59,312 nt of DNA from a virus (lineage: Duplodnaviria > Caudoviricetes): positions 1 to 59,312 of the IMG/VR virus record IMGVR_UViG_3300032898_000005; one strand, written 5' to 3'. The position numbers and the translations under genes were made by a program. The notes under the pieces were generated by a model, which made no database searches, was not told where the DNA came from, and saw only the letters and a program-made list of their open reading frames with translations. This document shows, in pieces, positions 1 through 9,528 of the stretch (position 1 is the stretch's first letter; each line of letters begins with the position of its first letter).

Positions 1-218
1 GTGTTGAAGTCGTCAAACAGGGCGGGCACCTGGAGCCCGGCCCCGGACGCCAGGCTGAGCCCGGACGGCGATCCGGCGGGGGCGGCCAGGACCATCGTGG
101 CGGTGACGCCGGAGACCGACACCGGGCCGCTCGACACCGACACCGCCCCGGCCGGGGCGGCGAGGGCGAGGGCGGCCACCGCCCCGTTTATGCCGGATAC
201 CGAGGGAGCGCCCGCCGG
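1..218. repeat. Terminal direct repeat / circular assembly overlap (copy 1)
   Basis: 1-218 matches 59095-59312 except A91 vs G59185, and the tail ORF reads through the junction in frame. Confidence 0.95.
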
Positions 219-899
219 GGCGGCCAGGACCATCGTGGCGGTGACGCCGGTGACGCTGGCCCCGGCGGAGGACTCGATGATAGCCGCCCCGGCCGCCCAG
301 TTGCCGGTGGACACGGTGCCCGCGTACGTGACCGAGCCGGAGCTGATCAGCTGGTACGAGGCGCAGCCGAAGTCGCTGGACATCTGAGTGAGGTTGGTCC
401 AGCCGCCGCTGGTCGGCGGGGTGACGGTCTGCCCGAATCCCACCACGCAACCGACGCCGATGCTCGCCTGGGAGGTACTGCCGGTAGCGCCCGAGCTGAA
501 CGACCCGCTGGACCCTCCGGCCGAGTTCGGGGTAATGACCGTGGGGCTGGCTCCCAGTCCGGACACCTCTATGCCCCACGACCCGGTGGCACCGGAGCCG
601 AAGTTGCTGGCGTTAGTCACGGTCAGGCCGACTGCGGACGACCCTCCGGCGACGTTCGGCATCAGCCAGCCGGTCGAGTAGGGGACGTTAGACGTGCCCT
701 CGTTCTGGCTCCATAGCTGCGTGGATCCCGAGGGCGTCGACCCGGCGAACGTAGGGGACGAGCTGGACATCGTGGTCGTGCTGTTAGCGCCGGTCGCCAG
801 CAGGATTACCGAGCTTGCCGCCGTGACGTTAGAGCCGAAGTTGCCGCCGTAACCAGACCCGCTCTGGTTGATGATGGCTGCCTGGACGACCGCTACCAT
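1..899 (-). CDS. N-terminal part of the large minor tail / receptor-binding protein; continues across the origin into 59094..54867 (about 1708 aa in total)
   Basis: ATG at 899 overlaps the upstream stop. The frame MVAVVQAAIINQSGSGYGGNFG... is open to base 1 and in frame with ORF 54867..59273. Gly/Ser/Thr-rich. Missing from the ORF track. Confidence 0.85.
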   Translation of the reverse strand, partial: MVAVVQAAIINQSGSGYGGNFGSNVTAASSVILLATGANSTTTMSSSSPTFAGSTPSGSTQLWSQNEGTSNVPYSTGWLMPNVAGGSSAVGLTVTNASNFGSGATGSWGIEVSGLGASPTVITPNSAGGSSGSFSSGATGSTSQASIGVGCVVGFGQTVTPPTSGGWTNLTQMSSDFGCASYQLISSGSVTYAGTVSTGNWAAGAAIIESSAGASVTGVTATMVLAAPAGAPSVSGINGAVAALALAAPAGAVSVSSGPVSVSGVTATMVLAAPAGSPSGLSLASGAGLQVPALFDDFN

Positions 900-1093
900 A
901 AGGCGGGCCAGTCGTCAAGGCAGCCCTTGCACCCGTGGATCGTCGGGTCGGCCGGTACGATCGACAGCTTCTCGTCCCCCAGCTTGCGAAACTCGGCCAC
1001 GGTCCGCAGCACGTGGCTCTTGCACGCGAATATCACCTGACCGGCCGCCACCCGGATGACGGCAGTGGTCGCCGGGGTCTCGGTTGACGCCAT
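893..1093 (-). CDS. Small hypothetical protein with C/H motifs (66 aa)
   Basis: Tightly packed between tail genes; CxxH and CxxC motifs. Confidence 0.55.
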   Translation of the reverse strand: MASTETPATTAVIRVAAGQVIFACKSHVLRTVAEFRKLGDEKLSIVPADPTIHGCKGCLDDWPALW

Positions 1094-1103
1094 CCTAGCC
1101 CCC

Positions 1104-1565
1104 TTAGCTGGCCGTGGCGGTCAGCAGGCCGCTGCCGCTGATAGTCAGTGTGAACGTGTTGGCCGACACAGGGACGGACCCGCCGAAGTCCCAGAAGCAG
1201 ATCAGCTGGTAGGTGGACGCGGACGACTCGTAGAATATCGCCTGGTTGGCTGAGAAGGTGGCCGCGGACCACGACGGGTTGGACGCGCTAGTCCAGGTGG
1301 CGACTGAGTTGTTAGACCCTCCGGCCACGAACGTAGGGCTGGACACGGTAGCGCCACCGGCGGTGTAGCCGGTTCCGGTGATCTCGGCCGCGACGTTGGT
1401 GGTCCAGTCTGTGAGCAGCTTGGCGGTGCTGACGCCCGACGTGGCGAGGGTGATCGGGCCTGCGGCGTTGGACAGGGCCACCTTGTAGGTGCCGGAAGTC
1501 AGGTTGATGTTGCCTGTACCCAGCCCGATGGCGAACTGGGGGAAGACGTGGGGCGTGACGGTCAT
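1104..1565 (-). CDS. Minor tail protein
   Basis: Follows the tape measure gene; GAAGGAG RBS; EITGTGYTAGG motif typical of virion tail proteins. Confidence 0.7.
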   Translation of the reverse strand: MTVTPHVFPQFAIGLGTGNINLTSGTYKVALSNAAGPITLATSGVSTAKLLTDWTTNVAAEITGTGYTAGGATVSSPTFVAGGSNNSVATWTSASNPSWSAATFSANQAIFYESSASTYQLICFWDFGGSVPVSANTFTLTISGSGLLTATAS

Positions 1566-1578
1566 CGGGTCTCCTTCA

Positions 1579-4146
1579 TCAAGCGGCCAGTCCAGGCTTT
1601 ACCACGCCGGTGATAGCCCCGCTGTTGCGAATGTTGTACTGGTACAGCTCGGACTGCATGACCTGGAACAGCTTCTGGCCGTTGACGTTAACCGTAATGG
1701 TGCCGCTGCCGCCACCGGCGCTGCCGCCGGAGGAGCTGCCGCCGCTGTACCCGGCCGTCGCCCCGTAAGCGCTGGCCGGTACGCCCAGCTGCGTCGACGC
1801 GACGGCCGAGGACACCTGGTTCATGGTGCTACGCACGTACTGGTACCCGGCCTTGACCCCATTGGCGTATCCTAGCATGGTGTTCATGCCGTGGTTAAAG
1901 AATACCCGCGACGGTGACAGGATCGACAGCGCCGAGCTGAACACCGAGGAGATGTCGTGGCCGAGCCCGCCGACCAGGCCGGTGACCATGCCCCAGGCCG
2001 CCTTGATGCCGTTTACCAGGCCCTGCATCAGGTCCTTACCGGCGGAGTACAGCAAGTTGATGAATCCGCTAGTGATCGACTTGATGATCGAGACCACTGC
2101 ATTGAGCCAGGTGTGGGCCAGGTCCCGAATCCGCTCCCAGGCCGCGCCCCAGTGGCCCTCGATGATGTCGAGGACCGCCGCTATCACGTCGTAGACCGTG
2201 TGGATGGCGGCGGTGACCAGGGCGCTTACCACCTTCCAGGTGGTCTCTGTCACGATGCGGATGACGTCCCATACCGCCTTGAATACGCCCTCTATCACGG
2301 CGAACTCGGTCTTGAGGACGCCCACCACGATGGCCAGGTACGTCTTGAATATGGAGCTGATGAGCAGCCAGGCGGTCTTCACGATCGCCTCGACCGTCTT
2401 GCCGTGGTCGGTCCACCAGCGGGCCATGTCGTCGATGACGTTGTGGATCCAGCTGACCACCGGGGCCAGGATTCCCTTGATGTCGGCCCACAGGCCCTGC
2501 CAGAACCCACGGAACGCGGCGCAATGGTTCCACAGCTCGTAGAACGCGAAGGCCAGGGCGGCGATCAGGCCGATGACCCAGCCGACCGGGGTGGCCTCGA
2601 ACGCCATCCCAAGGAGGCCGAACGCCTTGCTGACCAGGCCCAGGACCTTGATCAGCTCGGTGATGGCGATGACGCCGGAGATCACGTCGACGGCCAGCTG
2701 AGCGAACATCGGGTGGGCCAGCAGACCGGCCAGCCAGGTGAACGCCGGGAGGATCGCCTTCAGCAGGCCAGGCAGCATGCCGAACGCCAGCATGAACGGG
2801 CTGTTCGGAGTGAGGGCGTTCTCGATCAGGGGGGCCAGGTCGGTCAGGATCTTGAGGAACGCGCCGCCCAGCAGTCCGACCACCTGCTTGATGATCGGGA
2901 TGAACGACTGGAACGACGACCCTATGCCGTTCAGGACCATCGTAGCGAAAGCAGACAGGCCGGGGAGCAGCGGCTCGACCGCCTGCCCGAGGCCGACCAG
3001 CAGGCCGACCGCGATCTTGAGGACCGCCGCCAGCGGCCCGCCGAGCGCCTTGACCAGGGCGGTGATCACGCCGATGAACGGCACCGACAGGGGGGCCAGC
3101 TGGGTCAGGGACTGGCCCAGCGCGCCGAGCAGGGCACCGGCCAGGCCGGTTATGGCCTTAGTGGCGGGGACCACCAGCGAAGTCATCAGGTGCATGAACG
3201 AGATGAACCCGCTCGACTGGAGGCCGGAGCTTAGCCAGTGCACCAGGTCGCCCATGGCTATCGCGCCCTGCTGGATCAGCGGGATCAGCGTGGGCATTAG
3301 GTTCTTGATGGCGGTCAGCAGGGTGCCCATCATCGCGAACACCTGCGGCTTGACCGCGTTAGCCAGCTTGGTGTACTCGCCCTCCAGGCCCCGGATGCCC
3401 TCGACCACGGACCGCTCACCGGCGGGAAGGGCGTCCAGCTGGGACTTGGTGTCCTTGAGCGCGCCGAACACCGACATCACGGCGGGGACAGCCACCCCGG
3501 CGAACGCACCCAGGCCGAGCCCGGCGGCCAGCACCGCCGGGGCGACTCCGGCCGCGACCACGACGATGGCCGCGATCACGCCCATCAGCGGGGCGAGAGA
3601 GGAGAAGGTGCCTAGTCCGGACACGCCCATAAGGTCGAGCTTCTCGGCCGCGCGCTCGGCCGAGTCGCCCAGCTCCTTCTCGGCCGCCGACGCCTCTAGC
3701 GCCTCGTCGCGGACGTGGCCGAGAGCCTCTCCGGCCTCTATCGCCTCGTCTCTCAGATGGCCCTCGGCCTCAGACGCCTTCACGGCATCGTCGCGCAGGT
3801 CGGCCATGGCGCGGCCCTGCTCGATCGCCTCGTCGCGAGCGTGGCCCAGCATCTCGGCCGCACCGGCGTTGGCAAGGGCGAAGTCGTCGATGGCGTCCCT
3901 GGCGCTGTCGGTCTCGTCCTTGAGGTCCTTAGCCGACGCCGCGTCGTTCAGCATGGCGTCGCGCATCTCGCGCAGGACCGCCGTGTTCGCCTTGATCTCG
4001 CGAGCCAGGGCCGCCAGGCCCTCGTCCACCCGGCTGTTCTCCTGGGCGAACCGCTTGGCCTCGTCCTCGCCCCGCTGGAACTCCTCGATATACGGGGCGA
4101 GGTCGGCCCGGACTACCTGGTTAATAGGCTCTAGCTCGTCAGCCAT
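1579..4146 (-). CDS. Tape measure protein (855 aa)
   Basis: Long alpha-helical Ala/Leu-rich protein with Trp-spaced repeats and the C-terminal ILSPSRVF motif; position in tail operon. Confidence 0.9.
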   Translation of the reverse strand: MADELEPINQVVRADLAPYIEEFQRGEDEAKRFAQENSRVDEGLAALAREIKANTAVLREMRDAMLNDAASAKDLKDETDSARDAIDDFALANAGAAEMLGHARDEAIEQGRAMADLRDDAVKASEAEGHLRDEAIEAGEALGHVRDEALEASAAEKELGDSAERAAEKLDLMGVSGLGTFSSLAPLMGVIAAIVVVAAGVAPAVLAAGLGLGAFAGVAVPAVMSVFGALKDTKSQLDALPAGERSVVEGIRGLEGEYTKLANAVKPQVFAMMGTLLTAIKNLMPTLIPLIQQGAIAMGDLVHWLSSGLQSSGFISFMHLMTSLVVPATKAITGLAGALLGALGQSLTQLAPLSVPFIGVITALVKALGGPLAAVLKIAVGLLVGLGQAVEPLLPGLSAFATMVLNGIGSSFQSFIPIIKQVVGLLGGAFLKILTDLAPLIENALTPNSPFMLAFGMLPGLLKAILPAFTWLAGLLAHPMFAQLAVDVISGVIAITELIKVLGLVSKAFGLLGMAFEATPVGWVIGLIAALAFAFYELWNHCAAFRGFWQGLWADIKGILAPVVSWIHNVIDDMARWWTDHGKTVEAIVKTAWLLISSIFKTYLAIVVGVLKTEFAVIEGVFKAVWDVIRIVTETTWKVVSALVTAAIHTVYDVIAAVLDIIEGHWGAAWERIRDLAHTWLNAVVSIIKSITSGFINLLYSAGKDLMQGLVNGIKAAWGMVTGLVGGLGHDISSVFSSALSILSPSRVFFNHGMNTMLGYANGVKAGYQYVRSTMNQVSSAVASTQLGVPASAYGATAGYSGGSSSGGSAGGGSGTITVNVNGQKLFQVMQSELYQYNIRNSGAITGVVKPGLAA

Positions 4147-4627
4147 CAGTCACCACCGAGCGCATCTCGGCAACCGCTGCGCGGCGCATCCGGCCGTTGA
4201 CGATCACGGTCCGGTGAGTAGGTGCCATGTACGGTCGCTTGGGCAGCGTGACCGACTTGGCAAAGAAGTCGATCCCGCCGCTGACCCAGTGCAGGGCCTT
4301 GCCGTGGGCGCGGATCGTGCCGCCCATCTCCTGAATGCGCGCGTAAACGATCATCGGACGGACCCGGCTCTCGGCCGTGTACGGTCCGGTGCGGCTCGCC
4401 GCGTACAGCCGGACGGATCTCCGCAGGTGCCCGCCGACCAGTGCCGGAGGGCCGCCCGGCGGGCTCGGCGTCTGCGTCTCGCGCTTGTGGGAGTAGCGGG
4501 TCAGGGTCTCCTCGGTAAGCTCCTCGTGGAACTCGCGGGCCATCGCGTAGGCCACCCGGGGCGGACCCTCGTTCTGAATCCGCTGACGCAGCCGGGCCAG
4601 GTACTCGACGTTACCCTGTGCGTCCAT
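4139..4627 (-). CDS. HK97 gp10-like / virion morphogenesis (tail completion) protein
   Basis: GHLRRSV, VYARIQEMGG and LPKRPYMAP motifs. Confidence 0.7.
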   Translation of the reverse strand: MDAQGNVEYLARLRQRIQNEGPPRVAYAMAREFHEELTEETLTRYSHKRETQTPSPPGGPPALVGGHLRRSVRLYAASRTGPYTAESRVRPMIVYARIQEMGGTIRAHGKALHWVSGGIDFFAKSVTLPKRPYMAPTHRTVIVNGRMRRAAVAEMRSVVTDG

Positions 4628-4855
4628 TCAGTCCGAGTCCTCCGACCTTATCCTAGCTAGGCAAAGCTCCACCGGGACGATCCAGGTGTCCACCTCCAGC
4701 GGCAGGTTCGCCCGCCCCGGCTCGCCGTCCGGCGTCAGCCCGTAGTTGATCAGGTACATCACGTCTCGCAAGCCCGTGGCGGTGAGTCCCTCGGGCAGGG
4801 TCTGGCTGGACCCTTTCAGGCATCGGTAGAGCCGGCCGTAGTCGTCTCTTTTGGG
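4628..4855 (-). CDS. Tail assembly chaperone -1 frameshift extension (G-T fusion)
   Basis: C CCA AAA heptamer at 4855-4849. The -1 frame (PKRDDYGRLYRCLKG...SEDSD) is open to a TGA at 4630-4628 that abuts the next ATG. Confidence 0.75.
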   Translation of the reverse strand, partial: PKRDDYGRLYRCLKGSSQTLPEGLTATGLRDVMYLINYGLTPDGEPGRANLPLEVDTWIVPVELCLARIRSEDSD

Positions 4856-5235
4856 TCTGGCTTCCGGACGACCTTATCGATGTACGGCTGCAGCAGGTCG
4901 GTGATCTCGTTGAAGTCGTCCAGCGGAATCTCGCCAAACGATTCGTCGTTCTCGATCTCCATGCCGGTCCACTTCGGTATCGGCAGGATCGGGCTGGTCA
5001 CGTCCTCGTCGTCCACCCGGAACGTCCAGCCCGAGATCAGGGTGGCCATCAGCGCGTTTCGCTGAAGTTTGGCCAGGGACATGGACAGGGGCATGCCGGA
5101 CATGTCCGGCTCGCCCTTTTCGTTGAACTTCATGTAGATCTTGGGAGCGCCCTCGTAGGCGTCCCGGTGCTTTGCCTTCAGTCCGGTGATCGGAGTGATC
5201 TCTATCGAGTGCCCGGACGCTAGGTCGACGTGCAT
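4816..5235 (-). CDS. Tail assembly chaperone (short form)
   Basis: Directly after the tail tube gene; slippery CCCAAAA near its 3' end. Confidence 0.8.
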   Translation of the reverse strand: MHVDLASGHSIEITPITGLKAKHRDAYEGAPKIYMKFNEKGEPDMSGMPLSMSLAKLQRNALMATLISGWTFRVDDEDVTSPILPIPKWTGMEIENDESFGEIPLDDFNEITDLLQPYIDKVVRKPDPKETTTAGSTDA

Positions 5236-5272
5236 GAGCTGTGCCTCTCCACGTGGGTGACGGTCGGATGGA

Positions 5273-6583
5273 TTAGAAGGTAGGCACCGCGTTGTTCAGC
5301 GTCACCTTGATGGCGCTGTAGCCGCCGGACCAGCCGGTCGACACCACCGAGTTGCGGGTGGTCGCCGTGTGCGTTGTCTTGAACGTCACGTCGTACCCGA
5401 ACAGGGACTTGGAGCTGTTGATCTTGCTGGTGTCGTAGTCCGCGAACGGGATGTCTACCTGCAGGGCCAGGTAGCCCGGGGCGGAGGTCGCCAGCCCGTT
5501 GGTGACCAGGATCTGCAGCTGCGGCTGGGTGTTCTGCAGCATGTACAGCAGGGCCGACTCGTCGACCGCCGGGCTGACCGTCAGCTTGCCGCTCACGGTC
5601 AGCTTGCCAGCGCCGATAACGAACGGGTTCTGAGACCCGTCGTTCGGCAGGTACGGCTCGACCTGGCGGCCGATCGTGACCGACCACTCGGTGATGTCGT
5701 AGATCGGGGCCAGCGCGCCCGACGTGGCCAGGCTGACCGTGGTGTTCCACGCGGGGACGGCCCGGACGGTCGAGAAGCTCGGGGCCGGGGGCGAGGACGC
5801 GATCTGGCCGGTGTAGCTGGTCAGCGCGCCGTTCCACATCAGCAGCTTCTCGGCGTTGCCCGTGAGGGTGACGTCCGACATCCGCCCGAACGCGTACTGG
5901 CGGGCCAGGCCGGTCGTGGGAACCTGGGTGCGGTCGGTCCAGCAGTGGGTCGGGGGCTGACCGAAGTTGGTGTAGATGCCCGACCCGATGAGGTTGCTGT
6001 TCAGCACCGAGAAAGCGTGCTGGTAGGTCCCTGCGCTGACCGTCGTGTTGGTGACGGTGCAGCCGGTAGTGTGGTTCAGGCGGAGCGGCGTGGAGGTCTG
6101 CAGCGTGATCGTGGTCGACGCGCCGGTAAGAACCTGCACGATCTCGGACGGGCCGGTCGAGCCGGTAACGTAGACCTGAATCCACATACCGACCGTGAAG
6201 GAGGTGCCCGAGGTCACCGTGAGGGTGGTGGCCCCGGCCGCCGCCGTGGCGGTGGTGGTGGTGTTCGGCGTGGCCGCCGGTGCCGACTGGGTGTAGTCGC
6301 CCAGGACCCCGAACAGCGGGTTGCCGATCATGTCCATGTACACGGGAGACGCGGGGATCGAGGTCTCCGCGACCATCGGACCCTGCAGCATGTCGTAGAT
6401 GTCGCCCATGGCCGCGCGCAGCGACTCATCAGGCAGCCAGATGGGCTTGTCCTCGGGGTCGAACCCGACGACTGGCATGGACTGGCCGACCGCGGCGGGG
6501 ATCGTGCCGGGGATAAGCTCCCGGTTGACGGCAACGAATCTCTCCTGTGTCGGAAATACCGTGCTTGGAACGGTGAACGGCAC
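5273..6583 (-). CDS. Major tail (tube) protein with inserted beta domain
   Basis: 436 aa, Thr/Ser-rich, located between tail terminator and chaperone. Confidence 0.75.
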   Translation of the reverse strand: MPFTVPSTVFPTQERFVAVNRELIPGTIPAAVGQSMPVVGFDPEDKPIWLPDESLRAAMGDIYDMLQGPMVAETSIPASPVYMDMIGNPLFGVLGDYTQSAPAATPNTTTTATAAAGATTLTVTSGTSFTVGMWIQVYVTGSTGPSEIVQVLTGASTTITLQTSTPLRLNHTTGCTVTNTTVSAGTYQHAFSVLNSNLIGSGIYTNFGQPPTHCWTDRTQVPTTGLARQYAFGRMSDVTLTGNAEKLLMWNGALTSYTGQIASSPPAPSFSTVRAVPAWNTTVSLATSGALAPIYDITEWSVTIGRQVEPYLPNDGSQNPFVIGAGKLTVSGKLTVSPAVDESALLYMLQNTQPQLQILVTNGLATSAPGYLALQVDIPFADYDTSKINSSKSLFGYDVTFKTTHTATTRNSVVSTGWSGGYSAIKVTLNNAVPTF

Positions 6584-6841
6584 CTACTTCTCCTCGTCCG
6601 TCGGGTCCTCCTGTGCCGAGGCCGTTTCCACGTCGGGTGACGGACCCAGGTACTGATGCCCGCTGCGGACATCGTACCACTTCCCGTCATCGGGGGGCGA
6701 GACGGCACCGAAGTCGACGATCTCGCCCGGCTCGGCCGACAGGACGCCGGGCCGCTCGGGGTGAAGGTGCGACGGGTACTGCAGCTCGATATGGCCCCGG
6801 AACTCGTACTCTCCCGTGGGCTCGGCCGCTGGTTCGCTCAT
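6584..6841 (-). CDS. Small acidic virion-region protein
   Basis: Coupled to both neighbours; start probably MSEPAA at 6841. Confidence 0.55.
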   Translation of the reverse strand: MSEPAAEPTGEYEFRGHIELQYPSHLHPERPGVLSAEPGEIVDFGAVSPPDDGKWYDVRSGHQYLGPSPDVETASAQEDPTDEEK

Positions 6842-7368
6842 GCCTGTATCCATTCCTCGACCGGGGCGGTGATCAGGGCGTCGTTCCGCTGCATCCGCTG
6901 GCTGGCAGTCGAACGGGTCGGGACGTACTCGTAGTTGAGTACCTCGCCCAGGTTAATCAGCTGGCAGTTGATGCCGGTAGCCGGGTCAACCAGGTCCATC
7001 GGCATCTTGCAGCACCGGAGGATGTTCATCACCAGGTCGACTACCAGCGGGAACGACGCGTTGATCTGCGGGTCCCGGTTGTCATTGAACCAGGTGAGGT
7101 AGATCTCCAGGTTGTGGTTCAGGATCTTGAACCCAGAGTTGGTACTGGCCGGGGTCGGCTGCGGCGCACCGGCGGGCGGGGTGTTGCGCTTGCCGCTGTT
7201 GCGCTTCTCCGGTCCTTTTGACGCCCAGACGTAGGCGTGGGGGTTCTTCTGGGTGGTCTCCGGGTCGGGCGCTGAGATGAACGATTCGAGGCGGACCCCG
7301 GCGTTGCCCGGGATCGACGCGCCGTCGAGCAGGCTATTGACGTGGGCCAGGGTGGACGAGATGGGCAC
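6838..7368 (-). CDS. Putative tail terminator / head-tail joining protein
   Basis: Size and position upstream of the tail tube gene. Confidence 0.55.
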   Translation of the reverse strand: MPISSTLAHVNSLLDGASIPGNAGVRLESFISAPDPETTQKNPHAYVWASKGPEKRNSGKRNTPPAGAPQPTPASTNSGFKILNHNLEIYLTWFNDNRDPQINASFPLVVDLVMNILRCCKMPMDLVDPATGINCQLINLGEVLNYEYVPTRSTASQRMQRNDALITAPVEEWIQA

Positions 7369-8325
7369 CTAGACCACCCGTGCGTACGACTTGACGGCGT
7401 TCTCTGCGAACGTCCGCAGCTGCTCGGGGCCGACCGGCCCGCCGCCGCCGGAGCCGCCGCCTGACATCGACTGAATCTCGGTGGCGGTCGCGCCGCGCTC
7501 CAGGGCCAGCGCCGAGCACATGTCAATCGTGGCGTTCATGACCGCGCGGGACAGCGTGGTGAACAGCGTACCGGCGTCGTGGGGCCACGCCAGGGGAGAC
7601 ATCAGCGTGACCGTTCCTGGGCCGTACGCCACCGACGTGGACAGGGCCTGCGCGACCTCTTGCTGGAACCCGTCGTACACGATGCCGGTCGCGCCGTTGG
7701 GAAAGTAGGTGTCCGTCCCGGCCGTGGTCGGTGCCCAGCCGGTGCAGTCGTCGACCTGGATCGTGGTAGCGCCCTGGGCGGCCGGTGCGGTCAGGGAGGT
7801 GTGAGGCCATCCGTTTATGTAGCTGATCACGTAGCGCCAGCCGCGGCGGCCGAGGTCCCAGTTGACCAGGCCCGGGGCCAGGAGGATCGCCTGGCCGCCC
7901 TCGGACACGTCCGCCGCCTGGGCCGCCCCGAACAGGCCGATAGGCGGGAACTCGATGTCCATCTGGTTCAGAGCGATGGTCTGCCAGTTGCGCGGGAACG
8001 CGTAGTTCGGGCTGACCTGGCCGCTGACCACGGCCAGGATCGGCCACCGGGACGTGAGCAGACGACCGACCTGATTGTTGGCGCGGACCGTGACCCGCCA
8101 GTCTGGGCCGTCAAAGTACTCGGTGTCGAGGGTGGCCCGCAGGGGCTGGTTGGTGATGCCCTCGATCAGGCCGGTGGCCCTGAGGCAGATGTTCGACTGC
8201 TCGGCGTACTGCTCGCGCGGGCCGGACCGGCGGTCCGGGATCGTGGTCCAGTCGATCCCGGTGGGCGCGCTCAGCAACACCTCGGGGGTGATGTACGGCG
8301 TACCGGGTCCCGTTAGGAGCCCCAC
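7369..8325 (-). CDS. Head-to-tail adaptor
   Basis: N-terminal YITPEVL, RATGLIEGITNQPL and ISYINGW, typical of adaptor proteins; position. Confidence 0.65.
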   Translation of the reverse strand: MGLLTGPGTPYITPEVLLSAPTGIDWTTIPDRRSGPREQYAEQSNICLRATGLIEGITNQPLRATLDTEYFDGPDWRVTVRANNQVGRLLTSRWPILAVVSGQVSPNYAFPRNWQTIALNQMDIEFPPIGLFGAAQAADVSEGGQAILLAPGLVNWDLGRRGWRYVISYINGWPHTSLTAPAAQGATTIQVDDCTGWAPTTAGTDTYFPNGATGIVYDGFQQEVAQALSTSVAYGPGTVTLMSPLAWPHDAGTLFTTLSRAVMNATIDMCSALALERGATATEIQSMSGGGSGGGGPVGPEQLRTFAENAVKSYARVV

Positions 8326-8407
8326 CGGCCATCACCCCCGAACTCGTGCCCGCCATCGCCACAACAGCAGTAGGGCGATCCTACCACGTTGGTGGCGGTT
8401 GGTGCAG

Positions 8408-8623
8408 CTAGAGCGCTTCCTTGACGACCGTCTCGGCCGCGTCCTCGCCGTCCGCCGCAGCGGCGTTGATCAGGCTGGCCGGGACGTACTTCTCCAGCTC
8501 GGCCAGGATCGACTTGCCACGGCTGAGAATGTCCGTGATGAAGCCGTGGGCCGCCGCCCCGGCCGCCTGCTCGGCGGTCACGGCATCGGTCGTCTGGGCG
8601 GGCTCGGTGGGCTGGGTGCTCAT
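8408..8623 (-). CDS. Hypothetical protein (71 aa)
   Basis: GGAGG RBS; coupled to the upstream gene. Confidence 0.6.
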   Translation of the reverse strand: MSTQPTEPAQTTDAVTAEQAAGAAAHGFITDILSRGKSILAELEKYVPASLINAAAADGEDAAETVVKEAL

Positions 8624-9159
8624 GGTGTGCCTCCACTAAGGATCGACTCCGCGATCCGATCGATAAGGTCCTCGCGGGTGCCGGATACAGTTAGGTTACG
8701 TTCCCGGCATACGTCCTTGAGGTCTGTCTTGGTGAGGGTGGCGTAATCGGCCTTGACCTGCTCTACCATGATCGCGGTCGCCGCCGCCTTCACCGACGCT
8801 GGCTGCTCCTCGGGATCCGAGGAAACAACTAGGTCGTCTGGGTTAATGTCCGGCTGCGCGTTGCGAGCCGCCATCTGATTGGTCACCGCCGCCTGGGCCA
8901 GCATGAGCTGCTGCTGGTGCATCGCGGACTCGGCCGCCGCCTTGGCGTCGGCGGCCTCCTGCTCCTCGTCGGGAGTGAGCGGAATCTTGTACCGGCTGGA
9001 GGACCAGGCCGGGTTGCCCGAGAGGGAGCGCTCGCACGGAGGGCAGTCGATGCCCCAGATCGGCACCCGAGTCCCGTCGCTCTTGCGAGGTCGAGAATGC
9101 GAGTGACCGGTGCTCATGTCGTGGTGCGCGTTGATGTCGTTTCGTGCATAGAGGACCAT
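8620..9159 (-). CDS. Protein with N-terminal H/C cluster and C-terminal SAP/Rho-N-like nucleic-acid-binding motif
   Basis: YATLTKTDLKDVCRERNLTVSGTREDLIDRI matches the SAP-type pattern; CPPC. Confidence 0.7.
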   Translation of the reverse strand: MVLYARNDINAHHDMSTGHSHSRPRKSDGTRVPIWGIDCPPCERSLSGNPAWSSSRYKIPLTPDEEQEAADAKAAAESAMHQQQLMLAQAAVTNQMAARNAQPDINPDDLVVSSDPEEQPASVKAAATAIMVEQVKADYATLTKTDLKDVCRERNLTVSGTREDLIDRIAESILSGGTP

Positions 9160-9201
9160 GCTAAGTGGAAGGAGACCTTAGGGCCGCTTCCTTCACCTTC
9201 T

Positions 9202-9495
9202 CTATTCGGGTTGGGTAGGACTCCCGCAGCCGGGGCAGGTCTTGGTCCACGCCTGGTTCACGCGAGGACTGCACCTTGCTGAGCAGACCATGCCGACCCG
9301 GGTGCCGAGGGTGTAGGTGCGACCGGTCCCGATGATTCCGTTGCGGACTGCATCGCTCTGCTTGAACTCGTCCATATAGGGATCCGGAATGTCGACGTAC
9401 CCGCCCGGCTTGCTGTTGAAGCTCTCGCCGGTCGAGCCCATCTCCACGCCGTAGCATCCTGCAGGAAGGGTGACCTGGGTCGTACCGTTGCTCAC
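9202..9495 (-). CDS. Small zinc-ribbon protein
   Basis: C-terminal CSARC...CPGC. Confidence 0.6.
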   Translation of the reverse strand: MSNGTTQVTLPAGCYGVEMGSTGESFNSKPGGYVDIPDPYMDEFKQSDAVRNGIIGTGRTYTLGTRVGMVCSARCSPRVNQAWTKTCPGCGSPTQPE

Positions 9496-9528
9496 CGGGC
9501 AAGTATACCGCCCAGGTTGGCTCGGCTG

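Noticed and set aside
4653-4937. Track ORF as the chaperone extension
   Set aside because: Wrong frame; the -1 frame from CCCAAAA gives a protein-like sequence ending flush with the next gene
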